Positions 1-7,556 of a stretch of 64,000 nucleotides of DNA are shown here, piece after piece. The position numbers were made by a program, and so were the translations under genes. The DNA lies in NCBI GenBank assembly GCA_965219455.1, contig OZ244744.1:416001-480000 (forward strand), in the 5' to 3' direction. The notes beneath the pieces are model-generated. The model made no database searches and was not told the origin of the DNA. It was given only the letters and a program-made list of their open reading frames with translations. The DNA comes from Candidatus Latescibacterota bacterium. GTDB taxonomy: Bacteria > Latescibacterota > UBA2968 > GCA-2709665. The number at the start of each line of letters is the position of its first letter. Position 1 is the first letter of the stretch.

Positions 1-272
1 TGCCCGCAGTTCCCCACCACCTCGAGCGTTACGCCCTGCAAGACCGAACTCACCGCCCGCGGGTCCACGACCAGGGTGAAATCGGAATGACTGTGAATAT
101 CGATAAACCCGGGCGCCACGTAGCAGCCGGCCGCATCCACACACGGTACGCCCTCCGGCCGCCGGAACCGGCCGACGTCGACGATCCGGCCGTCGGCCAC
201 GGCCACGTCGGCCCGGACCGGCGGGCTACCCGTACCGTCAACTACCGTCCCGCCCGAAATCACCATATCCAT
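1..272 (-). CDS. N-acyl-D-amino-acid deacylase / amidohydrolase, N-terminal part (runs off the window edge)
   Basis: Hand translation from ATG 272: MDMVISGGTVVDGTG...VAPGFIDIHSHSDF...QGVTLEVVGNCG; HxH metal motif and GNCG are typical of D-aminoacylases. Not in the ORF track. Confidence 0.85.
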   Translation of the reverse strand, partial: MDMVISGGTVVDGTGSPPVRADVAVADGRIVDVGRFRRPEGVPCVDAAGCYVAPGFIDIHSHSDFTLVVDPRAVSSVLQGVTLEVVGNCG

Positions 273-320
273 GGTATTTTTTTCGATTCGCGAACCTGAT
301 GGAACCAACTCGCCCATACT

Positions 321-360
321 AAAAAAACAGTCTCGCAAGGTAACGCCATTACGAGACCGT
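321..360 (-). terminator. Intrinsic terminator after ankyrin gene 1
   Basis: Stem GTCTCG...CGAGAC followed by a T7 run on the minus strand; near-identical copy at 2730-2770. Confidence 0.7.
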
Positions 361-390
361 CCCGACACCTGGCACCAATACTGAAAGCAC

Positions 391-1113
391 TTACCTGTTA
401 CTCCCTTCAAGCAACCGCAGGTCGGCCTTTATTAGAAGATTCACGATATCCAAATGCCCATTCTCGTAAGCCAAATCCTGTGCGGTTTTTCTGTCCGGCG
501 AATCGTGAACCTGTTGGGGATACGTACGATTAAGATATCCGATCCTCTTAGGCGTGCGGCTGTTTGCGTCGACACCGGCGTGTCCACGTCGATCATAAAG
601 GCGACTTCGAGTAGAGCCACTTTTTTTACGCACGTCCGCGCCTGCCTGGATCAGCGCTTTGACGATCTCCACGTGCCCCCTCTCAGCGGCGAACATCAGC
701 GCCGTTTTCCCGTCTCTCAGCGCAAGGTTGGCGTGGTAACGGGAACGATGCGCCATGAACAGGGACTGAGGTCCGGAACTGTCGACATTTACGAACCGCT
801 CTCGGGTAAGCTCTGGAGCCAGATGGCGGTAGATGCGCGTACGCGAATTTGCGCCTATAGTCCAAGCCCTGACATCCAGTTCCGCACCGGCCTGAATCAA
901 CGCCCGGACTACGTCCAGGTGCCCTTCCCTGGCCGCCAGCGTCAGCGGGCTTTGCCCCTGAACCGTCCTGGCATTCACGTCGTGTCCATCGTGCAACGCC
1001 CGCTGCACGGCTTGCAGGTCTCCGAGCTCTGACAATTCCATCAACGAGGCGCCGCAACCCCCCACACCCATCACGATCAACAGAAATGCAAATGGCTTGA
1101 TCGTTCGAGACAT
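391..1113 (-). CDS. Ankyrin-repeat lipoprotein (paralog 1)
   Basis: Start ATG 1113 with GGAGG RBS; lipobox-like VGG-C; ankyrin motifs GQSPLTLAAREGHLDVVRAL, GKTALMFAAERGHVEIVKAL, TAQDLAYENGH. Confidence 0.85.
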   Translation of the reverse strand: MSRTIKPFAFLLIVMGVGGCGASLMELSELGDLQAVQRALHDGHDVNARTVQGQSPLTLAAREGHLDVVRALIQAGAELDVRAWTIGANSRTRIYRHLAPELTRERFVNVDSSGPQSLFMAHRSRYHANLALRDGKTALMFAAERGHVEIVKALIQAGADVRKKSGSTRSRLYDRRGHAGVDANSRTPKRIGYLNRTYPQQVHDSPDRKTAQDLAYENGHLDIVNLLIKADLRLLEGSNR

Positions 1114-1163
1114 TGGCCGCCTCCGCTGTGAGTCGATCATCGATCCTGCTCGTTCCAATCGAA

Positions 1164-1192
1164 AATATATCCACCTTCGCCTTTTAGGTCAA
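1164..1192 (-). promoter_or_regulatory. Sigma70-type promoter of ankyrin gene 1
   Basis: TTGACC-N17-TATATT on the minus strand. Confidence 0.6.
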
Positions 1193-1244
1193 ATCGTATC
1201 TCGACCCCCAATACCATAGCCGGAATTCTCCGCGACTAATTCGC

Positions 1245-1928
1245 TCATGGCCCTTCGACATCGACCCCGTTTTTAAGTAGCCTCAAGACTTCCTTCTCCA
1301 CTTCATCGTAGTCTATCTTTCCCGACCACTGCGCCACGATCCGACTCTCTCTATCGAGAAGATACATGGCCGGAATCGCTTTCACCTTGAACTGATACCA
1401 CGCGGGGGTCTGTTTCTCTTCGACAAAGATGGGATAGGAAATATCCAATTTGCCCACCATCTTCCTGATCTTCTCAACGCGGTCTTTGTCTTCATCAATA
1501 GACACACCCCAGACGTCAAAACCCTTGCCGGAATACGCGCTGTAGAGTTTCTGCAACCGGGGCATCGTCTCAAGACAGGGTTTGCACCACGTGGCCCAGA
1601 AATCCACGAGCACGACTTTGCCCTTCAAATTCCTCAACGACTTGTCCCCGCCCTCCAGTGTTTCAATGACGAAGGCAGGTGCAGGCCGCGGGAATACCGG
1701 TGGCAAATAAGCCACGGGATCTGCGTCGAATTCCTTTTCGCAGTTTTCAGAACAGAAATAGTACGCCTTGCCTTCATATTCAGAATGGGCTTTGACCTTT
1801 TCCAACTCCGTCTCGCCGCCCTTCAATGCACAGACAGGGCAGAGCGCCGTTTCGGGAATCCGCGTTTCAGCGAGAAGCGCTGGCGGACCTGACAAAACAA
1901 TCAGAATTAACAGAACGCTAAAACGCAT
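1245..1928 (-). CDS. Secreted YHS/TRASH metal-binding domain + TlpA-like thiol:disulfide oxidoreductase fusion
   Basis: Signal peptide; CPVC...YYFCSENC...F..DP..Y (YHS/TRASH); GKVVLVDFWATWCKPC (TlpA/ResA CxxC); GGAGG RBS. Confidence 0.85.
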   Translation of the reverse strand: MRFSVLLILIVLSGPPALLAETRIPETALCPVCALKGGETELEKVKAHSEYEGKAYYFCSENCEKEFDADPVAYLPPVFPRPAPAFVIETLEGGDKSLRNLKGKVVLVDFWATWCKPCLETMPRLQKLYSAYSGKGFDVWGVSIDEDKDRVEKIRKMVGKLDISYPIFVEEKQTPAWYQFKVKAIPAMYLLDRESRIVAQWSGKIDYDEVEKEVLRLLKNGVDVEGP

Positions 1929-1939
1929 TGATCCTCCAT

Positions 1940-2602
1940 CTAAAACCCGAGTGAAAGCGACAAACCCATGGTTTCAAGCCACACATAAATCACACTCACT
2001 CCGTATTGAGCGGCGAAATAATTCAGCATCAGGTGCCCCCGGTCGCCGTCGTACATCGGTCGAAATGAAAAGCCTTTGCCCAATTCGACCCCCACGCCAA
2101 AGGGAACATTGAGCTTCTCATCCCATTCCGAATAATTCAAACTGCCATAAAAAGACGTGCGCAGCCGGGGTATATATTTGCTTATCGTCGCAAAGTAAGA
2201 TTGTTCGCCCGCCGGCGAACCGATTCGATCCGAACTCGTGCCCAAGAAGAGCGCAGGCCGCGTCTCGGTCTCGGTTAACAGGAACAGAGTCACAAGAGGT
2301 CCCGCCTCTTTGGCTTTCGGGTTCAGCTCAACCCCGACCTGCAGGCGATGATGCAAACTGTAATTGGCGGTGAACCGCCACTGCGGGCGGTCCATTGAGG
2401 TATCTACGTACCGCCCCGAAAATGTAATCTTCGTATGGATGCCACTCCCCCGGAGTGGTGCGCCTTCGCCCGGTCAGCCTACTCACGTAGGTGTCATCGA
2501 AAATGTCGGCCGTTCACTCCGCGTGGAATCCGCGTCCGATTCCTGTGCAAAAACGGGGGAGGTACCGAGGTATAGGATCAAGAAAAAAAGGACGAATTTC
2601 AT
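1940..2602 (-). CDS. Candidate selenoprotein (220 aa): signal peptide, U-V-G-U (two in-frame TGA), beta-barrel-like C-terminal domain
   Basis: GGAG RBS then ATG 2602: MKFVLFFLILYLGTSPVFAQ...MTPT-TGA(2485-2483)-VG-TGA(2476-2474)-PGEGAPLRGSG..., continuing in frame into the 1940..2395 ORF; SECIS-like hairpin directly downstream; ends LSLSLGF. Confidence 0.75.
2437..2473 (-). promoter_or_regulatory. Putative bacterial SECIS element
   Basis: Perfect stem CCACTCC/GGAGTGG (2458-2442) with a G-rich loop; stem begins 15 nt after the second TGA, loop about 22 and 31 nt from the two TGAs. Confidence 0.65.
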
Positions 2603-2729
2603 CAATGTGCTCCGTTGACCGAGCCAAAATAATTCACGAAATGCCGTTTTCTTACTCAAGTCATTGTATTATGGTTAGACCAACAAACCTGCAATAACGA
2701 ACTTCAGGGACACAACTCGCGCATACCAC

Positions 2730-2770
2730 AAAATTCGGTCTCGCAAGATAACGCTTTTACGAGACCGAAT
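2730..2770 (-). terminator. Intrinsic terminator after ankyrin gene 2
   Basis: 11-bp stem ATTCGGTCTCG...CGAGACCGAAT plus T-run; shares its core with 321-360. Confidence 0.7.
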
Positions 2771-2798
2771 CTCCAACGGAGAAGACCGCTCCAGGGTC

Positions 2799-3596
2799 CT
2801 ATCTTGAACTCGATGGAGTCATCCCGGCGCCCGTTTCCAGGAGTAAATCGATGATCTCTTTATGTCCGTTCTGGTAAGCGAAGTCCAGTGCCGTGCTTCC
2901 GCCGATCGACCAGGAAGGACGGCCGGGGTATGAATGGACAATATCGTAATAGAGATGGCGGCCATGCTCAGGCCCGTAGTAACTGCCGCCATGTTTATCC
3001 TCTTCGTGTCCGATGTCTTCCGGTTGCGCGCCGGTGTAACCAGCGATATACCCGTCATAATCCTTATACGAAGGCATTCCGGAGGTCACGATTTCACCGC
3101 CGCTTGTCGCGAACAGGTCGGCGCCGCCTTCGACAAGCGCCTCGACAACATCCAGGTGACCGCCCTCGGCAGCAAGCATCAACGCTGTTTTACCGTCTCT
3201 CAGTACCCAACTCGCCGAGCCGCGTGTACGCTGCGCCATAAACCTGGACTGGGGCCCGGAACTGTCGGGGTTGACATACCGTTCCCTGATGAACGCGTAG
3301 CCGCCATGTCGATCCTGGCTTTCGACAGTATGGGCGCCTACGGTCCATGCCACGGCGTCGAGGTCCGCGCCGGCCTGGATCAGGGCCAGAACGACCTCCA
3401 GGTGACCCGCCCTGGCTGCCAGCGTCAACGGGCTGTGCCCCTGAGGCGTCCTGGCATTCACGTCGCGCCCGCGATCGAGGGCCCGCTGGACGCCCGTAAT
3501 GTCTCCACGCTGTGACAATTCTGTCAGCGAAGCGCTGCATCCGGCCGCGCCCACCAGTAAAAGAATCAGCGTTAATCTATTGATTTTAAAGGACAT
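2799..3596 (-). CDS. Ankyrin-repeat lipoprotein (paralog 2)
   Basis: Lipobox AAG-C; GHSPLTLAARAGHLEVV, GKTALMLAAEGGHLDVV, STALDFAYQNGH; clearly paralogous to 391..1113. Confidence 0.85.
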   Translation of the reverse strand: MSFKINRLTLILLLVGAAGCSASLTELSQRGDITGVQRALDRGRDVNARTPQGHSPLTLAARAGHLEVVLALIQAGADLDAVAWTVGAHTVESQDRHGGYAFIRERYVNPDSSGPQSRFMAQRTRGSASWVLRDGKTALMLAAEGGHLDVVEALVEGGADLFATSGGEIVTSGMPSYKDYDGYIAGYTGAQPEDIGHEEDKHGGSYYGPEHGRHLYYDIVHSYPGRPSWSIGGSTALDFAYQNGHKEIIDLLLETGAGMTPSSSR

Positions 3597-3644
3597 AGGT
3601 ACCTATAAAATGCATCCTGCTGAACGTACTCGAAGGCCCATGCA

Positions 3645-3673
3645 AATATACAGCCTTTCCAGCGCCGAGTCAA
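3645..3673 (-). promoter_or_regulatory. Sigma70-type promoter of ankyrin gene 2
   Basis: TTGACT-N17-TATATT, overlapping the hydantoinase B stop codon. Confidence 0.6.
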
Positions 3674-5427
3674 CCTGCTTTGCCACTGCACAGGACGGCT
3701 CCGTGTTCCACCATCCGTTGCCGCGTGTCCGCGGTTTCCGTCTCGCACACCGCGAGGTTCGTGGGGTCCAACACCACGCCGTACTCCTCCCGCGCCTGTT
3801 TCACGGATACTTTCCCGTTCTTTACGTCCCGCGCGACGGCCTCGGGGTCCCGTTCCATCGGGTCGCCCCATCCGCCTCCACCCGCCTGGCGGTGGTAGAT
3901 TCGCTCACCGGCCGACATCGTCGTTGATATCATGGTCGGCAACACCTTGCTGCCATCTTTATGATACAGCACATTGTTCGATCCCGTCGCCGGCCGGCCC
4001 CCGTACAATCCATACGGCAGGTGGTCCCTTCGGTCGGACCGAATCGCCAGGTGCGCCTCCCCGGCGAGCAGCGTCCACTCCCGCTCGATCGCCAGCCCGC
4101 CACGATATCGTCCGGCGCCCGCGCTGTCGCAAACCAGTCCGTACCGGTCGATCCTGACCGGATATTCGCACTCCGCCTGTTCAATGGGAATATTGCTGGC
4201 CACGTTCGCCGGATTGCACAGCCCGTCGTTTCCGTCCCGGTCCGGCCGCGCGCCCCAGGTTCCGGAGAGCAACTCATAGTAGACATAGGGCGACCGGTCC
4301 TGACGTTGGCCGCCGATGATCACCAGCGTATTGCCGCCCTCGCCCGCCGCCAACACCCGGTCGGGGAGCAGCCCGGCCAGCGCCCCGAATACCACGTCGG
4401 TCATCCGAAACCCCGTCACGCCGCGCATCGAGGACGCGCCGGGCATCCGCACATTCACGAGCGTGCCCTCTGGCGCGATGATCTCCAGCGGCCGGAACAT
4501 GCCTTCCGTGTTCGGAATCTCCTCCCGCATCACGGCGCGCACGCACAGGGCCACCACCGCTGCCGTAAACGAGAGCGTGCTGTTGACCGCCCCCGAGACC
4601 TGGGGGTCCGTCCCCGTGAAATCGGCAGTGAGCGAATCTCCCCGCACGGTCACGGTCACCCGGATTTGCACCCGGGGGCCGCCCACGCCATCGCTGTCCA
4701 GATAATCGGTAAAGGTATGGGATCCATCGGGCCAGGACGCGATCTCCGACCGTACCAGCCTTTCCGTATAGTCGATCAGATCCCGGGCGCACGCCAGGAA
4801 CATGTCGCGTCCGTACCGCTCAATCAGCGAATGCACCGCCCGCTCCCCGATGTGGCAGGCCGCCAACTGCGCCCGGATATCCCCGATCGTCATCTGCGGT
4901 ACCCGCACATTCGCCCGGATCAGGGAAAATATGGACTCGTCCGGCTCGCCCCGGCGATAGAGCTTCAACCACGGAATGCGAATGCCTTCCTGAAAGATCT
5001 CCGTGTTGTCGCACGCGGAACTGCCGGGCAGGCGTCCGCCCAGGTCAAGATGATGCGCCGTACTCACCGCAAAGGCCACCCGTTCGCTTTCCCAGAAAAT
5101 CGGCTGCACAATAAAGATGTCCGGAATGTGCATCCCGCCGTCGAAAGGATCGTTCAGAATGAACACGTCGCCAGGGTCGATGTCATCGCCGAAGCGTTCA
5201 AACAGTGCGGCCATCGCGTACGGTACCGACCCCAGATGCAGTGGGATCGTCACGCCCTGCGCGATCATCTGGCCGTTTCCGTTGCACAACGAGGTAGAAT
5301 AATCCAGGCAATCGCGCACAATGGTGGAAAAGGCCGTGCGATACAGCGCGGCGCTCATTTCATCGGCGGCCGCTGCAAGCGCATTCTGCATGATCTCACG
5401 GGTAATGGGGTCAATTTCCGTCATCAA
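3670..5427 (-). CDS. Hydantoinase B / oxoprolinase family protein
   Basis: RTAFS..VRDCLDYS, LNDPFDGGMHIPD, HHLDLGG..PGS, EIFQEG, GGGGWGDP.ERDPE.V.RDV. Confidence 0.92.
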   Translation of the reverse strand: MMTEIDPITREIMQNALAAAADEMSAALYRTAFSTIVRDCLDYSTSLCNGNGQMIAQGVTIPLHLGSVPYAMAALFERFGDDIDPGDVFILNDPFDGGMHIPDIFIVQPIFWESERVAFAVSTAHHLDLGGRLPGSSACDNTEIFQEGIRIPWLKLYRRGEPDESIFSLIRANVRVPQMTIGDIRAQLAACHIGERAVHSLIERYGRDMFLACARDLIDYTERLVRSEIASWPDGSHTFTDYLDSDGVGGPRVQIRVTVTVRGDSLTADFTGTDPQVSGAVNSTLSFTAAVVALCVRAVMREEIPNTEGMFRPLEIIAPEGTLVNVRMPGASSMRGVTGFRMTDVVFGALAGLLPDRVLAAGEGGNTLVIIGGQRQDRSPYVYYELLSGTWGARPDRDGNDGLCNPANVASNIPIEQAECEYPVRIDRYGLVCDSAGAGRYRGGLAIEREWTLLAGEAHLAIRSDRRDHLPYGLYGGRPATGSNNVLYHKDGSKVLPTMISTTMSAGERIYHRQAGGGGWGDPMERDPEAVARDVKNGKVSVKQAREEYGVVLDPTNLAVCETETADTRQRMVEHGAVLCSGKAG

Positions 5428-5462
5428 TTAACACTTCTCCCTAGTCCTGCCGCGGGCCATTT

Positions 5463-7556
5463 CTACGCCCCGGCCCCTTCCAGGACCACAAAGTCCTGCC
5501 TGTCACGATACACGCGCATGTCCGGAGGGACCACAATCGTGGAATCGTATTCATCGATCAGCAGGGGTCCATCGCGAGGCTCCGTCAACGCCGTGCGGTC
5601 GATTACGGGGGTTTCCACCCTTCCCCAGGCCTTCCCGAAATACGCCGGACGTGCGGACATCTTCCGCCCGCCCCGCCGCGCGGACCGTATTCGTCCGCTC
5701 CTTTCGGGTTGGGCGGTTCTGCCGATCAGGCGAACGGCAACCACCTCAACCGGATTATCGGGGTCTGACGAATGCCCGTATTGCTGCCGGTGTGCGCGTT
5801 CAAACGCTTTACAGAGGCTTTCTACCGTGGCATCCGTCCCCGGCGACTCCGGCACCGGAATCCGGATTTCCGATGCCTGGCCTCTGAAGCGCACGTCGAC
5901 ACTGTCGTTCAAATCCACCTGTTCGGCGGAATAACCCTCGGCCTGGAACCGGGCCACCATCTTTGTCTTCAGATCCTTCTGAATGGCACCCAGCGTTTCG
6001 TCACTCAAACCGTCCCCTGAGAGCAGGCAACTGAACACATCGTGATGCTCCACGCCCGAGTACAGAAGCCCCAACGCACTGAACAACCCCGGCAACGGAG
6101 GCACAATGACTTTCGGACTGCGCAGTTCTGCGGCCAGCCCGGCGGCATGAATCGGTCCGGAACCGCCGAACGCGATCAGGGAGAACGCCCTCGGATCCCG
6201 CCCCCGCTCCGTGGACACGGCCCGAAGCGCCCGCATCGACCGGGCATTGGCAATCCGGTGTATGCCCTCCGCGGCCTCGAGCAGATCCAGACCCAGCGGG
6301 GCTGCGATCCGATCCTGGACGACCCTTCGCGCGGCCTCGACGTCTACGGAGACCTCGCCGTCGGCCAGTTCACCCGGCCGGATGTATCCGAGTACCACGT
6401 TGGCGTCCGTTACCGTGGGTTCCTCTCCTCCACGGCCGTAACAGGCGGGACCCGGCACGGCGCCGGCGCTTCTGGGACCGACCCGCAACCCGCCGGCCCG
6501 ATCCAGATACGCCACGCTTCCTCCGCCCGATCCCACCTCGGCGATATCGATGCTCGGCGCACGGATCAACTCGCCGCCCCCGCCCACCAGCCTGTTTCCG
6601 GCCGACACGGATGCGCCGACCTCGTATTCCGTGCTGTAGGAAATCTCCCCATCTTCGACGATGGACGCTTTCGCTGTGGTGCCTCCCATATCGAACGTGA
6701 TGAGATCGGCGATGCCCAGCCGGGTTCCGGCGAAACGGGCCGCAAATACACCCGCCGCGGGGCCGGACTCGAGTACATAGACCGGTCGCCGCGCCGCATC
6801 CCCCTCCGGCGTCAACCCCCCGGCGGACTGCATGATCAACAACGGCGCCAGAACGCCTTCTTTTCTCATGCCATCCCGCATCGCCCTGAGATAACGCTGC
6901 ATGACCGGACGCACGTACGCATTCAGCACCGTGGTTGCCGTACGTTCGTACTCGCGCCGTTCCGGCAGAATCTCCGACGAGAGAGACACCGGTACGTCCG
7001 GAAACGCGCTTTTGAGAAACTCACCGATAGCATGTTCGTGCGAGGGATATGCGTAGGAGTGAAGCGTGCATACCGCAATCGACTCCACCTGCTCATGTTC
7101 CAACGCCGCTTTGACCGCTCCGAGTTCCGCTTTGTGCAGGGGCACAAGCACTTCGCCGCCGGCGGCAATGCGTTCCGTCACCTCAAACCTCAGGTGCCGG
7201 TCTACCAGCGGTTCGGGTTTGTCAAAGAACAGATCGTACATCTGAGGCGCCCTGATACGCCGCAATTCCAGGACGTCGCGAAATCCGCGCGTGGTAATCA
7301 GCGCCGTCCTGGCGCCCCGACGCTCCAGGACGGCGTTGGTCGCCACGGTGGTCCCATGCGAGACGTCCCCAATCGAACCGCCCGGTACGGAGGACTCCAG
7401 CAGCAGGCGCCCGACGGCGTCCAGAACGGCCCGCTCAAAATCCGGCGGCGTAGAGGGTATTTTATGCGTCCATATATTCCCCTCAATGTCCATGAGGATC
7501 ACATCTGTGAACGTCCCGCCGACGTCGGCGCCGATTCTATACGATGGCTCATTCAT
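5463..7556 (-). CDS. Hydantoinase A / oxoprolinase family protein
   Basis: DVGGTFTD, HGTTVATNA, ESGPAAG, DMGGTT, GPRSAGAVPGPACYGRGG.EPTVTDA. Confidence 0.93.
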   Translation of the reverse strand: MNEPSYRIGADVGGTFTDVILMDIEGNIWTHKIPSTPPDFERAVLDAVGRLLLESSVPGGSIGDVSHGTTVATNAVLERRGARTALITTRGFRDVLELRRIRAPQMYDLFFDKPEPLVDRHLRFEVTERIAAGGEVLVPLHKAELGAVKAALEHEQVESIAVCTLHSYAYPSHEHAIGEFLKSAFPDVPVSLSSEILPERREYERTATTVLNAYVRPVMQRYLRAMRDGMRKEGVLAPLLIMQSAGGLTPEGDAARRPVYVLESGPAAGVFAARFAGTRLGIADLITFDMGGTTAKASIVEDGEISYSTEYEVGASVSAGNRLVGGGGELIRAPSIDIAEVGSGGGSVAYLDRAGGLRVGPRSAGAVPGPACYGRGGEEPTVTDANVVLGYIRPGELADGEVSVDVEAARRVVQDRIAAPLGLDLLEAAEGIHRIANARSMRALRAVSTERGRDPRAFSLIAFGGSGPIHAAGLAAELRSPKVIVPPLPGLFSALGLLYSGVEHHDVFSCLLSGDGLSDETLGAIQKDLKTKMVARFQAEGYSAEQVDLNDSVDVRFRGQASEIRIPVPESPGTDATVESLCKAFERAHRQQYGHSSDPDNPVEVVAVRLIGRTAQPERSGRIRSARRGGRKMSARPAYFGKAWGRVETPVIDRTALTEPRDGPLLIDEYDSTIVVPPDMRVYRDRQDFVVLEGAGA

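Noticed and set aside
2474-2485. Genome-wide TGA reassignment (Trp/Gly) as the explanation for the two in-frame TGAs
   Set aside because: TGA terminates many well-conserved genes in this window at their normal ends (e.g. lipA, miaB, folB, cysC, larC), so any recoding must be local.
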